Below are positions 43,166 to 53,128 of a stretch of 64,000 nucleotides of DNA, piece after piece. The stretch's first letter is position 1, and every line of letters begins with the position of its first letter. The DNA comes from Hyphomicrobiales bacterium (GTDB lineage: Bacteria > Pseudomonadota > Alphaproteobacteria > Rhizobiales > Aestuariivirgaceae): positions 42,274 to 106,273 of the forward strand of contig JAXMCU010000010.1 in NCBI GenBank assembly GCA_046349195.1, given 5' to 3'. The position numbers were made by a program, and so were the translations under genes. Under the pieces are notes generated by a model, which had not been told where the DNA came from, ran no database searches, and worked only from the letters and a program-made list of their open reading frames with translations.

Positions 43166-44182
43166 TCAGTGCCCTCCCCGCTGTTCGGCATTCGCCTGGC
43201 GGATGTTCCAGATCATGATCGGCAGAACCGCCAGCATGATCACGATGGCGATCGCGGCGCCGCGGCCGAAGTCGCCGCCGCCGCGGAACATCCAGTCATA
43301 CATGAGGTTGGCAAGTACCTGGGTGTCCCACTGGCCATTCGTCATGGTGAGCACGATGTCGAAGACCTTCAGGACCAGCACCGTGATGGTGGTCCAGACC
43401 ACGATGATGGTGCTCATGATCTGCGGCACCATGATGCGCCAGAAGATCTTGAAGGGTCCGGCGCCGTCGATCACCGCCGCCTCCAGCGTGTCCTCGGGCA
43501 CGCCGCGCAGTGCGGCGCCAAGGATCACCGTGGCGAATCCCGTCTGGATCCAGATCAGGATGACCATGAGAAAGAAGTTGTTCCAGAACGGAAGCGCGAT
43601 CCAGACCTGGGGGTCACCGCCGAACCAGCCGACGATGGCGTTCAGCAGGCCGATCTGCTCCTGGCCCTCGCCGCGATAGTCGTAGACGAACTTCCAGATG
43701 ACGCTGGCTCCGACGAAGGAAATGGCAAGCGGCAGGAAGATCAGGCTGCGCGCGATACTGCCCCACCAGATGCGATCGGTGAGGACGGCAATCACCAGCC
43801 CGAGGAAGGTGCAGGCCGCCGGCACGACCAGCAGCCACATGAAGTTGTTGAAGATCGACTGTCGGAACTGGCCGTCGCGAGCGGCCCAGGCATAGTTCGA
43901 CGTACCCACGAAGGTCTCGCCCGACCGGTCGTGAAAGGACAGCCAGATCGTCTGGAAGACCGGGTAGATCAGATAGACCGTCAGCAGGATCAGCGCCGGC
44001 CCGAGGAAGAGCCAGGGGCGGACGATCGACTGGATCTTGAGGTTGCGATGGGCGCGGGACATGTCGGCGGCATTGGCCGGGAAGATCGCGTCCAGCAGAA
44101 GATTTGATCCGTAGAAGTAGCCGAAGCATCCGCCGACACCGATCAGGATGACGGCAAAGGCCCACAACACTTGCTCGACCAT
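43166..44182 (-). CDS. aglF: Sugar ABC transporter permease
   Basis: MalF-type permease with the EAA loop (EAAVIDGAGPFKIFWRIMVP). Confidence 0.85.
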   Translation of the reverse strand: MVEQVLWAFAVILIGVGGCFGYFYGSNLLLDAIFPANAADMSRAHRNLKIQSIVRPWLFLGPALILLTVYLIYPVFQTIWLSFHDRSGETFVGTSNYAWAARDGQFRQSIFNNFMWLLVVPAACTFLGLVIAVLTDRIWWGSIARSLIFLPLAISFVGASVIWKFVYDYRGEGQEQIGLLNAIVGWFGGDPQVWIALPFWNNFFLMVILIWIQTGFATVILGAALRGVPEDTLEAAVIDGAGPFKIFWRIMVPQIMSTIIVVWTTITVLVLKVFDIVLTMTNGQWDTQVLANLMYDWMFRGGGDFGRGAAIAIVIMLAVLPIMIWNIRQANAEQRGGH

Positions 44183-44214
44183 TGGGCACCTCGCAGGATG
44201 ATGAAGCCGGGCTT

Positions 44215-44237
44215 CCGGACGGCGCGTGGCCGTCCGG
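44215..44237 (-). other. Intercistronic GC hairpin between the binding-protein and permease genes
   Basis: CCGGACGGC, GCGTG, GCCGTCCGG: a 9-bp stem with a 5-nt loop and no U-tract. Confidence 0.4.
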
Positions 44238-44270
44238 GTTCAGTGTGTCAGTGCGGTGGAAGGACTGCCG

Positions 44271-45629
44271 CTACTTGATCTCGTCCCAGGCCTTCTGGAT
44301 GGCGGCGCCGACATCGGCGGCGGACTTGCCGCCCACGAAGTCGACCATCCCGGTCCAGAAGGCGCCGGCGCCGATCTTTCCCGGCATCAGGTCCGAGCCA
44401 TCGAACCGGAAGGTCGTGGCCGAGGCCAGGATGTCGCCCTGCTTCTTCAGGGCGTCATTGGCATAGGCATCCTTGTTCACGCCCTTGAACGGGGTGACGA
44501 AGCCGGACTGCGCCATCCAAAGTTCGTGAGCCAGCGGCGTTTCGAGGAAGTCGATGAAGGCCCGGGCCGCCTTGGAGTCCTTGGTGATGGCGACGAGCGT
44601 GCCGGCGCCCAGCACCGGCGAGCCGAGCTCGGGCTTGGAGGCAAAGGGCGGGAAGTAGAAGAAGTCCGCGTCTTCTCCCAGAACCGTGCCTTCCGGGAAG
44701 AAGGACGGGATGAACGACGCCTGGCGGTGCATGTAGCACTTGGGCGGAGTCGAGAAGAGTCCCTTCGGGCTGTCGCGGAAATCGGTCGAGGCGACGCCGG
44801 CCGCACCGCCATCGACGTAGGCATCGTTCTTGGCAAAGGTTCCGAAGGTCTCGATGGCGCCGACCACCTCGGGCGAGTTGAACTTCACCTCGTTGGTCAC
44901 CCACTTGTCGTAGATTTCCGGGCTCTGGGTACGGAGCATGATGTCCTCGACCCAGTCGGTGGCCGGCCAGCCGGTGGCTCCGCCCGACCCCAGACCGATG
45001 CACCAGGGCTTGCCGCCGTCAGCCACGATCTTGTCGGAGAGCGCAATGAGTTCCTCCATGGTCTTGGGGATCTCATAGCCGGCATCCTTGAAGTTCTCCG
45101 GGCTGTACCAGACCAGGCTCTTCACATCGGCCTTGTAGGGGAAGGCGAAGAACTTGGACGCGCCGTCCTTGTCCTTGTAGGTGCCGAGCGCAACCCAGCT
45201 TTCGCCGGCGCCGTAGTTGTCCTTGATGAAGGCTGCGGCCTGGTCGCCCAGCGGGACCAGGAGGCCCTTGGCGGCGAGGTCGGCAAGAAGACCAGGCTGC
45301 GGCAGGATGGCGATGTTCGGCGGGCTGCCAGCCTGCGTATCGATCACGATCTGCTGCTCGTAGTTTTCGGACGACGAATACTTGACGTCTGCACCGGTCG
45401 CCTGCCGGAAGTACTCGAGGACCGACTGCACCAGCGCTTCGTCGTCGCCGCGCCAGGGTCCGAAGATGGTGAGGGTCTCGCCCTTCAGGTCGACCTTCTT
45501 GAGCGCGTCATAGTCGGCCCAGTGGAATCTGCTGTCCTGGCCAGGCGGGAACTTGAGGTCGGCGGCAAGCGCCGGGGCCGACAGCGCCGCTGCAAGCGCC
45601 GCCGCTCCGAGAGCAAGTTTGAATTTCAT
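44271..45629 (-). CDS. aglE: Sugar ABC transporter periplasmic substrate-binding protein (alpha-glucosides)
   Basis: 452 aa from ATG 45629, with a GGGAGGA Shine-Dalgarno. Signal peptide MKFKLALGAAALAAALSAPALA. Confidence 0.85.
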   Translation of the reverse strand: MKFKLALGAAALAAALSAPALAADLKFPPGQDSRFHWADYDALKKVDLKGETLTIFGPWRGDDEALVQSVLEYFRQATGADVKYSSSENYEQQIVIDTQAGSPPNIAILPQPGLLADLAAKGLLVPLGDQAAAFIKDNYGAGESWVALGTYKDKDGASKFFAFPYKADVKSLVWYSPENFKDAGYEIPKTMEELIALSDKIVADGGKPWCIGLGSGGATGWPATDWVEDIMLRTQSPEIYDKWVTNEVKFNSPEVVGAIETFGTFAKNDAYVDGGAAGVASTDFRDSPKGLFSTPPKCYMHRQASFIPSFFPEGTVLGEDADFFYFPPFASKPELGSPVLGAGTLVAITKDSKAARAFIDFLETPLAHELWMAQSGFVTPFKGVNKDAYANDALKKQGDILASATTFRFDGSDLMPGKIGAGAFWTGMVDFVGGKSAADVGAAIQKAWDEIK

Positions 45630-45690
45630 GAGATCCTCCCATTTTGACTGTTGCAGTCTCTGCGCTTGCCCGCGGTATCCCGTCTTTTCC

Positions 45691-45847
45691 TCAAAGCGCT
45701 TTGAATGATCTTCTATTAACACAACGGAAACCACCGTCAAGCCTCAAAGCGCTTTCAAACGTTCAGATTTGATGTTGCTGCGCAACAGAATGCTGCGTCG
45801 CACCGTGGTTCAACGCAACCCGCAAAACAAGTTTGAAAGCGCTTTGA
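45691..45847. promoter_or_regulatory. Three LacI-type operator palindromes sharing the core AAAGCGCTTT
   Basis: TCAAAGCGCTTTGA (45691-45704, perfect), TCAAAGCGCTTTCA (45744-45757) and TGAAAGCGCTTTGA (45834-45847, the exact reverse complement of site 2). All lie in the aglE/aglR divergent spacer. Confidence 0.6.
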
Positions 45848-45868
45848 AGGTATGCAACAAACTCTCGC

Positions 45869-46891
45869 ATGAACCTCCGTGAACTTTCTGCGCACCTGCG
45901 CCTGTCGCAAACAACCGTGAGCCGGGCCCTCAACGGATATCCGGAAGTCTCGGAGGAAACGCGTCTGCGCGTCAAGGCGGCAGCCGACCTTCATGGCTAC
46001 CGGCCGAGCGCGGCGGCACGGCGCCTGGCCACCGGACAGTCGGGCACGCTGGGCATGATCTTTCCCGGCGAGCGCAATATGCTGGGCGATCTCCTCTTCA
46101 TCGAATTCCTCGGTGGCTGCGTCGAGGCAGCTGCCGACCTCGGCTATGACGTGACGCTGGCCATGGCGCGTGGACAGCAGAGCGAAGAGGCCATCTACCG
46201 ACGCACGGTGCGCAGTGCTCGCGTCGATGGCTTGGTCCTTTCCAGTCCGCTCACGGCGGATCCGCGCCCTGCCCTGCTCGCCGGCCTTGGCATGCCCTTC
46301 ATCGTGCACGGGAGGACTGACTGCGACGGCCCCTATGCCTATCTCGATATCGACAATCGGGGCGCCTTCGAAGCCGCGACTCGGCTGCTAGCCGACCTTG
46401 GACATCGCCGCATCGCGCTCATCAATGGCGACGCCCGCTTCAATTTCGCGGCCGACCGCGAATTGGGGTTCCGTGACGCGCTCGCCAGCCGCGGTCTTGC
46501 TGCCGACGAGTCTCTGATTGCGGGCGCCACCATGAATGAGGCAACGGGCTATGCCCATGCCCTTCGCCTGCTCGACCTGGCGGCGCCACCCACGGCCTTT
46601 CTGTGTTCAAGCCTGGCCCAGGCCGCCGGTGTCCGCCGCGCCTGTCAGGATCGTGGCCGCCGGGCGGGAGAAGACGTGGCCCTGATCGCCCACGACGACC
46701 GGCTGCAGGACATGCGCGCCGAAACCTTCGATCCGCCGCTCACGACGACGCAATCCTCCATCGGCGATGCCGGACGCCGCATCGCGGAGCTGTTGATCGG
46801 GATGCTGCGGTCGCCAGGCGAGTCATTGCCTGCCGAGGTCTGGCCCGTCGACCTGGTGGTTCGGAACTCCACGCCCGCGCCGCGCGGCTAG
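45869..46891 (+). CDS. aglR: LacI-family transcriptional regulator
   Basis: N-terminal HTH (LRELSAHLRLSQTTVSRALNGYPEVSEETRLRVKAAADLHGYRPSAAARRL) plus a periplasmic-binding-protein-like core. Divergent from aglE. Confidence 0.85.
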   Translation: MNLRELSAHLRLSQTTVSRALNGYPEVSEETRLRVKAAADLHGYRPSAAARRLATGQSGTLGMIFPGERNMLGDLLFIEFLGGCVEAAADLGYDVTLAMARGQQSEEAIYRRTVRSARVDGLVLSSPLTADPRPALLAGLGMPFIVHGRTDCDGPYAYLDIDNRGAFEAATRLLADLGHRRIALINGDARFNFAADRELGFRDALASRGLAADESLIAGATMNEATGYAHALRLLDLAAPPTAFLCSSLAQAAGVRRACQDRGRRAGEDVALIAHDDRLQDMRAETFDPPLTTTQSSIGDAGRRIAELLIGMLRSPGESLPAEVWPVDLVVRNSTPAPRG

Positions 46892-46894
46892 GCG

Positions 46895-48196
46895 TTACCG
46901 CTCGCGCCAGCTGTGCGCGATCTGGTCGTAGAGCGGCTTGACCATGTAGGAGAGTGCCGTCCGGGATCCGGTCTGGATGAAGGCCTCCGCCGGCATGCCG
47001 GGCCTGAGATGATTGTCACCCAGCAGGGCCAGCTGGGCCTTGGGGATCTTGAGCTGAACTGAATAGAAGGGCGGCGACTCCGCATCGGCCCGCGACACGT
47101 CCGCAGCCACGCTGGTCACTTCCGCGCTGATCTCGGGGGTCAGGCGGGTATCGAAGGACGAGAACCGCACCCGCGCCTGCTGGCCCTTGGTGACCCGGTC
47201 AATCTGCCTGGGCGACACCTGTGCCAAGAGGACCAGGTCGTCGGAGGCCGGAACGATCAGCATGAGGGCCTCGGCCGGCGAGATGACTCCCCCGATCGTA
47301 TGAACCGCCAACTGGTAGACGTCGCCGCTGATCGGAGCGCGGATGACAGTCCGGTCGAGGCGCGCCTTGATCGACACGCGACGTTCCTCCAGTTCGGCGA
47401 TCCGGGCTTCGGAGTCGCGCAGCTGCGCCAGAGTCTCGCTGAGGCTCTGCTCACGCACTTGCAGGATCTGCAGCTTGACTTCGCCCGCGCGCGATTCCGC
47501 ACTGGCCTTGGTCGCAATCAGCTCGCCGCGCTCACCCTCGAGCCGGGCCTGCTCGCGCTGCATGGCAAGCACGCGCGAGTTCGGCACCAGGCCCTTGGCC
47601 TGAAGGTCCAGAAGCCCCACCAGTTCCTGGCTGATCAACTTGATCTGGCTCTCCTTGGAATTGATCTGCGCGAGAATGCCCTGAACCTGCTCGCCAATCT
47701 GACCGATCTGCTGCTCCAGCTGTTCCACCTTGCCCCGGATGGTCGCCTGCCGTGCCTCGAACAGTCTCTGCTGGCCCTGCATCAGCTTGGCGATGTCCGG
47801 TTGTTGCTTGCGGCTCGTCAACTGGTCTGGAAAGGCAACCGCGGCCGCGTCGTCGCGCTCGGCCTCGAGGCGCGCGCGCTTGGCGAGTTCCTCCGACAGG
47901 ACCGCGTCGACAATGCCAAGCTCCGCCACGTCATCGGTGTCGTCGAGCGTGATCAGCTCCTGTCCGGCCTCCACGTGATCGCCGTTCTTCACGAGAATGG
48001 CTTTCACGATGCCGCCGTCGCGATGCTGGATACGCTTGGTGCTCGACTCCACCGCGATGGTGGCGGGAGCCACGACGGCGCCGTTGATATTGGCGAAGGC
48101 CGACCAACCGCCCATCAGGCCGACAACCACGAAGACCGAAACATAGCCGGCAATCTGCAGCCGCCGCAGCGAGGCACGTGTGTCATAGTTCTTCAT
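46895..48196 (-). CDS. HlyD-family type I secretion membrane-fusion protein
   Basis: 433 aa. N-terminal TM helix, long coiled-coil region. C-terminal motif MPAEAFIQTGSRTALSYMVKPL, typical of T1SS adaptors. Confidence 0.88.
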   Translation of the reverse strand: MKNYDTRASLRRLQIAGYVSVFVVVGLMGGWSAFANINGAVVAPATIAVESSTKRIQHRDGGIVKAILVKNGDHVEAGQELITLDDTDDVAELGIVDAVLSEELAKRARLEAERDDAAAVAFPDQLTSRKQQPDIAKLMQGQQRLFEARQATIRGKVEQLEQQIGQIGEQVQGILAQINSKESQIKLISQELVGLLDLQAKGLVPNSRVLAMQREQARLEGERGELIATKASAESRAGEVKLQILQVREQSLSETLAQLRDSEARIAELEERRVSIKARLDRTVIRAPISGDVYQLAVHTIGGVISPAEALMLIVPASDDLVLLAQVSPRQIDRVTKGQQARVRFSSFDTRLTPEISAEVTSVAADVSRADAESPPFYSVQLKIPKAQLALLGDNHLRPGMPAEAFIQTGSRTALSYMVKPLYDQIAHSWRER

Positions 48197-48199
48197 CGC

Positions 48200-49960
48200 T
48201 CAGGCTCCCTCGGCGCGCGCCGGCACGGCGAGCCTTTCGACATTGGATTTCGTGGCATCGCGCGCCAGCACTTTGCCCAGGATCTCGTCACGCGCGCCGA
48301 TGGCGGCCATCTTCCCGTCGGTCAGAACGAGCATCTTCGGAATGGCTGCCAGCGCGCTTGGGCGATGCGCCACGATGACGACAACGGCCCCGCGCGCCAG
48401 GCATCGGCGGATCGCCGCATCGAGCGCAGCTTCGCCCTCCGCATCGAGCGCGGAATTTGGCTCGTCGAGGACGAAGAGCGGCGGATCGCCATAGAGGGCG
48501 CGGGCGAGCGCCACGCGCTGACGCTGTCCCGTTGACAGTCGCGCTCCATTCTCGCCGAGCTGCGTGTTGTAGCCATCAGGCAATCGCATGATCATCTCAT
48601 GGACATTTGCACCCTTCGCGGCCGCAATGATCTTCTCATGATCGGCTTCGGCATCGAAGCGGCTGATGTTCTCGGCCGCCGTGCCATCGAAAAGCTGGAG
48701 ATCCTGCGGCAGGTAACCGATGGCCCGGCCCAGAAGGCTGGGATCGCGCTGATCGAGCGTGGCTCCGTCCAGGCGGATATGGCCGCGATTTGGCTTGATC
48801 AGACCCGCCAGAGCACGGGCGAGCGTCGACTTGCCTGCACCGGTCGGCCCGATGATGCCGATGCCCTCACCAGGGGCGAGGCTGAAGCTGATGCCCTGCA
48901 GCAAGGGCTTGTCTACCCCAGGAAGCTGGACCACCAGGTTCTCGACATCGAGCTTGCCACGCGGCTTGGGCAACTGCATCGGCGATGCATCGGCCGGAAC
49001 GGTGGCCAGAACAGCGGCAAGACGGTCCCGGGCCTTGCGATAGGACAGGAACTGCTGCCAGCTCGACACCGCAAGTTCCACAGGGGCCAGAGCGCGTGAC
49101 ATGATGATGGATGCAGCGATCATCGATCCTGCGGTGATGTCGTGCTGGATGGCGAGGTAGGCGCCAAGTCCGAGCATGCCGGATTGGACCATGAGGCGCA
49201 GGACGCGGGAGCATGCGGACAGGAGCCCGCTCGCGTCGTTGGCCATGGTCTGCTGGTGGAGCGCGTCGCCCTGGACGTCCGCCCAGCGCTTGCGCAGGGT
49301 CTGCTGCATGCCAAGTGCATGCAGGGCCTCGCTGTTGCGGCGGCTTTCCTCGGACAGCTGGGCGGCTTTGATGGAGGATTTGGTGGCTTCGGCAATCGGG
49401 CCCCTGGTCACCCGCTCGGAAATCAGGGCCAAGGTGAAGATGGCGGCCGCGGCAGCCAGCGCCGCCACGCCGAGCATCCAGTTCATGAGATAGATGATGA
49501 GGAGATAGATCGGCATCCACGGCATGTCGAAGAAGGCAAAGGGCCCCTGCCCCGACAGGAACTGCCTGACGGTGTTGAGGTCGTTGATGGGCTGGGCGCC
49601 GATTCCCGGGGTACGGCGCAGGGCATGTGCGGTCACCACGTCGAATACCCGGCCGCGCAGCTCCTCCTCGACCCGCCTGCCGACCCGCACCAGGATACGC
49701 GAGCGCAGATATTCCAGGAACCCGTAATAGGCGTAGAGGCCGATGACGATGGCGCTCAGCGACACCAGCGTGGGTACGCTGCCGGACGCCAGGACACGGT
49801 CATAGACTTGCATCATGTAGATCGGTCCGGTCAGCATCAGGATGTTGCTGATGCAGCTGAAGACGCCCGTCGAGATGAAGGCACCGCGACTGGCGCGGTA
49901 GACGGCTTTCAGTTCGGGATTGGACGAAGGCGAGTTCGGCTGCAAGTGCTGTCTCCGCAA
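48200..49960 (-). CDS. Type I secretion system permease/ATPase (PrtD/HasD type, no C39 peptidase domain)
   Basis: LTGPIYMMQVYDRVL N-terminal motif, Walker A (GPTGAGKST), signature (LSTGQRQRVALARAL) and Walker B (LFVLDEPNSALD). Only TTG starts are available (49960 or 49945). Confidence 0.88.
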   Translation of the reverse strand: MRRQHLQPNSPSSNPELKAVYRASRGAFISTGVFSCISNILMLTGPIYMMQVYDRVLASGSVPTLVSLSAIVIGLYAYYGFLEYLRSRILVRVGRRVEEELRGRVFDVVTAHALRRTPGIGAQPINDLNTVRQFLSGQGPFAFFDMPWMPIYLLIIYLMNWMLGVAALAAAAAIFTLALISERVTRGPIAEATKSSIKAAQLSEESRRNSEALHALGMQQTLRKRWADVQGDALHQQTMANDASGLLSACSRVLRLMVQSGMLGLGAYLAIQHDITAGSMIAASIIMSRALAPVELAVSSWQQFLSYRKARDRLAAVLATVPADASPMQLPKPRGKLDVENLVVQLPGVDKPLLQGISFSLAPGEGIGIIGPTGAGKSTLARALAGLIKPNRGHIRLDGATLDQRDPSLLGRAIGYLPQDLQLFDGTAAENISRFDAEADHEKIIAAAKGANVHEMIMRLPDGYNTQLGENGARLSTGQRQRVALARALYGDPPLFVLDEPNSALDAEGEAALDAAIRRCLARGAVVVIVAHRPSALAAIPKMLVLTDGKMAAIGARDEILGKVLARDATKSNVERLAVPARAEGA

Positions 49961-50029
49961 GTTTGGGAAGAGACCCTAGCCGAACAAATATTCAATTTAG
50001 TTAACGAGTGGTTTAAGCTTTATTCCGTC

Positions 50030-50443
50030 TCAACGTCCGGCATTACCGTCTATCGTGAAGTCCCGCCGCGCGGCGAACAGGGAGACGGCGATGCCGCCGA
50101 TGACGTCGATCAGCGCCATCACGGTAAGCAGAAGGAAGCTCACGGTGCCGCAAGCGGGCAGCACGATGAAGCAGAACGTCGCGGCGAACAGCGTTGCCGT
50201 TGAGAGGACATGATCCAGGATGGTGGTGGAACCGGACCAGGCAGACTTCAGGATCTCGATGAAGAGTGCCACGAGACCGGCGGCGACGAACACGTCGCCG
50301 ACGAGGAAGAAGATCTCCGCGCCCGATGGCAGCACCGTGTCGTAGAAGGTCGAATCGGGCTGCAGCATGCTGCCGCTCTGCACGAGCAGGAGATAGGCAA
50401 CGATGATCACGGCCAGAAGGGGGACTGAGAGGATGAGGCGCAT
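50030..50443 (-). CDS. Small polytopic membrane protein (hypothetical)
   Basis: 137 aa from ATG 50443 with four hydrophobic helices. The rest of the 459-aa track ORF is antisense to the peroxiredoxin gene. Confidence 0.5.
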   Translation of the reverse strand: MRLILSVPLLAVIIVAYLLLVQSGSMLQPDSTFYDTVLPSGAEIFFLVGDVFVAAGLVALFIEILKSAWSGSTTILDHVLSTATLFAATFCFIVLPACGTVSFLLLTVMALIDVIGGIAVSLFAARRDFTIDGNAGR

Positions 50444-50587
50444 GGCGGGCTCCGCGGCTGATCTCTTCCCATGCCCAAGTTCTGCGATTCCCGCAAAGCG
50501 GACCGGCGCAATGAACCGGACGAATCGTTCTTTATTCCGAACAATCTTCGCGCTATATTGATCGCACAGAAGAAAGGGAGACTGCCA

Positions 50588-51250
50588 ATGGCACTTCAAC
50601 TCGGCGACATCGCCCCCGATTTCACGGCCGAAACCACGGAGGGACGGATCAAGTTCCACGACTACATCGACGGGTCCTGGGTGGTGTTCTTCTCCCACCC
50701 GAAGGACTTCACCCCCGTCTGCACCACCGAGCTCGGCTCGATGGCCAAGATGAAGCACGAGTTCGACAAGCGCGGCGTCAAGCTGATCGGTATTTCGATC
50801 GACAGCGTCGACGATCATCAGCGCTGGAAGCAGGACATCAAGGACGTCACCGGCGCTTCCGTGAACTATCCGATGATCGGCGACAACAACATGGAAGTCG
50901 CCAAGCTCTACGGCATGATCCATCCCAACGCTTCGGGCAACGCGTCGAGCCGCACCGCTGCCGACAATGCCACGGTGCGCAACGTTCTGGTCATCGGCCC
51001 GGACAAGAAGGTCAAGCTCATCGTCACCTACCCGATGAGCACGGGGCGCAACTTCGACGAGATCCTGCGGGTCATCGACTCGCTGCAGCTGACCGCCAAG
51101 GCCTCGGTGGCGACACCTGCCAACTGGAAGCAGGGCGAGGACGTGATCATCCTGGCCTCGGTCAATGACGAGGCCGCCAAGGAGAAGTTCCCGGGCGGCT
51201 GGAAGACGCTGAAGCCCTATCTGCGCGTGGTGCCGCAACCGAAGATCTGA
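50588..51250 (+). CDS. 1-Cys/Prx6-type peroxiredoxin
   Basis: 220 aa from ATG 50588, with an AAGGGAGA Shine-Dalgarno. Sequence: LGDIAPDFTAETTEGRIKFHDYIDGSWVVFFSHPKDFTPVCTTELG. Confidence 0.92.
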   Translation: MALQLGDIAPDFTAETTEGRIKFHDYIDGSWVVFFSHPKDFTPVCTTELGSMAKMKHEFDKRGVKLIGISIDSVDDHQRWKQDIKDVTGASVNYPMIGDNNMEVAKLYGMIHPNASGNASSRTAADNATVRNVLVIGPDKKVKLIVTYPMSTGRNFDEILRVIDSLQLTAKASVATPANWKQGEDVIILASVNDEAAKEKFPGGWKTLKPYLRVVPQPKI

Positions 51251-51274
51251 CGTAAGCACCCCTCCCGAATACAG

Positions 51275-51302
51275 AGAGCCGGCGTGCCGCGCCGGCTCTT
51301 TT
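51275..51302 (+). terminator. Rho-independent terminator after the peroxiredoxin gene
   Basis: AGAGCCGGCG, TGCCG, CGCCGGCTCT, then TTT: a 10-bp stem with a 5-nt loop. Confidence 0.7.
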
Positions 51303-51332
51303 GCTTGGAACGATCCGGAGCTGCTGCTCCGC

Positions 51333-52799
51333 TCACCACCAGGGCTTGGCCGTGAAGCTCCCTGCCGCCGTTTCGATTGCCGCCGCCGAGCGGAACAGCG
51401 TTTCCTCATCGAAGGGCTTGCCGATCAGCTGAAGGCCCAGCGGAAGGCCATCGGCGGACAGACCGGCCGGAACCGCGATGCCCGGCAGCCCGGCCATGTT
51501 CACCGTCACCGTGAAGATGTCGTTCAGGTACATCTCCACCGGGTCGGTGATGGCGCCCGGCGCGAAGGCCGGGCTCGGCGTCGCCGGCGTGAGCACGACA
51601 TCGACCTTGTCCCAGGCCAGGTCGAAGTCGCGCTTGATCAGCGTGCGGACCTTCTGCGCCCGGAGATAATAGGCGTCGTAGTAGCCGGCCGAGAGCACGT
51701 AGGTGCCGATCAGGATCCGGCGCTGGACCTCGCGGCCGAAACCCGCGGCACGCGATTTCTCGTACATGTCGACGATGTCGTCGCCGGCGACGCGCAGGCC
51801 GTATCGGACCCCGTCATAGCGGGCCAGGTTCGACGAGGCCTCCGCCGGGGCGACGATGTAGTAGGCGGGCAGGGCGTATTTGGTATGCGGCAGCGAGATC
51901 TCGACGATCTCGGCGCCCTGCTCCTTCAGCCACTGGGCGCCGCGCTGCCACAGCGCGTCGATCTCGGCCGGCATGCCGTCAACGCGATACTCGCGCGGAA
52001 TGCCGACCCTGAGACCCTTGATGGGGCGCCCGACGGCCGCCTCGTAGTCCGGGACGGGCATGTCGACCGAGGTCGTGTCCTTCGGATCGACGCTGGCCAT
52101 GGACTTCAGCATGATGGCGGCATCGCGCACGTCGCGCGCGATGGGACCCGCCTGGTCGAGTGACGAGGCGAAGGCCACGATGCCCCAGCGCGAGCAGCGT
52201 CCGTAGGTCGGCTTGATGCCGACCGTGCCGGTGAAGGCCGCAGGCTGGCGGATCGACCCGCCCGTGTCCGTCGCCGTGGCGGCGGCACAGATATGCGCGG
52301 AAACCGCCGCAGCCGATCCGCCCGAAGAGCCGCCCGGCACCAGTGTTTCGTTCGAGTCGCGTCGCTTCCAGGGGTTGATGACATTGCCGTAGTAGCTGGT
52401 CTCGTTGGACGACCCCATGGCGAACTCATCCATGTTGAGCTTGCCCAGCATGACCGCGCCGTCGCGCCAGAGATTGGCGGACACCGTGGATTCGTAGGGC
52501 GGCTTGAACCCGTCAAGCACATGGCTGCAGGCCTGGGTGTGGACGCCCTCGGTGGCGAAGAGATCCTTGATGCCGAGCGGGATGCCCTCCAGCGGGCCAG
52601 CCTCGCCGCTCGCCAGGCGCGCGTCCGACGCACGGGCCATGGCGCGGGCCTTTTCCGGTGTCTCGACGATGTAGGCATTGAGGGAGCGCGCTGCCTTCAT
52701 GGCCGCGAGATAGGCATTGGTCAGTTCGGTGGCGCTGAATTCCTTCTTGCGCAACCCGTCGCGCGCCGCCGCGATGGTGAGGCCGGTGAGCGTGCTCAT
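51333..52799 (-). CDS. gatA: Glutamyl/aspartyl-tRNA amidotransferase subunit A
   Basis: Amidase signature ([11 protein letters not shown]). 488 aa. 4-nt overlap with gatC. Confidence 0.95.
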   Translation of the reverse strand: MSTLTGLTIAAARDGLRKKEFSATELTNAYLAAMKAARSLNAYIVETPEKARAMARASDARLASGEAGPLEGIPLGIKDLFATEGVHTQACSHVLDGFKPPYESTVSANLWRDGAVMLGKLNMDEFAMGSSNETSYYGNVINPWKRRDSNETLVPGGSSGGSAAAVSAHICAAATATDTGGSIRQPAAFTGTVGIKPTYGRCSRWGIVAFASSLDQAGPIARDVRDAAIMLKSMASVDPKDTTSVDMPVPDYEAAVGRPIKGLRVGIPREYRVDGMPAEIDALWQRGAQWLKEQGAEIVEISLPHTKYALPAYYIVAPAEASSNLARYDGVRYGLRVAGDDIVDMYEKSRAAGFGREVQRRILIGTYVLSAGYYDAYYLRAQKVRTLIKRDFDLAWDKVDVVLTPATPSPAFAPGAITDPVEMYLNDIFTVTVNMAGLPGIAVPAGLSADGLPLGLQLIGKPFDEETLFRSAAAIETAAGSFTAKPWW

Positions 52800-53083
52800 T
52801 CCACCACCTTCGGGACCATGAAGAAGGAATCGTCCTGGGCCGGGGCATTGGCCACGATCTTCTGCGGATAGTGCCCGTCGGTCACCTGGTCGTCGCGCAT
52901 CTTCATCTTCATGGTCACCACCGAGGTCAGCGGCTCTACCTGCGACACGTCAACCTCGTTGAGCTGTTCGATCCAGCGCAGGATTTCGTTGAGTTCGCCC
53001 GCAAGCCGGGGCACGTCCTCGTCCTTCACCTTGAGGCGCGCGAGCCGCGCAACCCGCTTCACGGTTGCCTGATCGACTGACAT
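52796..53083 (-). CDS. gatC: Glutamyl/aspartyl-tRNA amidotransferase subunit C
   Basis: 95 aa. [12 protein letters not shown]...[13 protein letters not shown] pattern. Immediately upstream of gatA. Confidence 0.9.
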   Translation of the reverse strand: MSVDQATVKRVARLARLKVKDEDVPRLAGELNEILRWIEQLNEVDVSQVEPLTSVVTMKMKMRDDQVTDGHYPQKIVANAPAQDDSFFMVPKVVE

Positions 53084-53128
53084 GGAATGTGGAACCCTCG
53101 CAAAATCAGGGCGCTGGATAGCACCCGA

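Noticed and set aside
50030-51409. A 459-aa ORF, and the idea that its small membrane-protein product (50030-50443) is the T1SS cargo.
   Set aside because: The N-terminal two-thirds is antisense to the peroxiredoxin gene. The credible 137-aa product is a four-helix integral membrane protein. It has no Gly-rich nonapeptide repeats or acidic C-terminal secretion signal.
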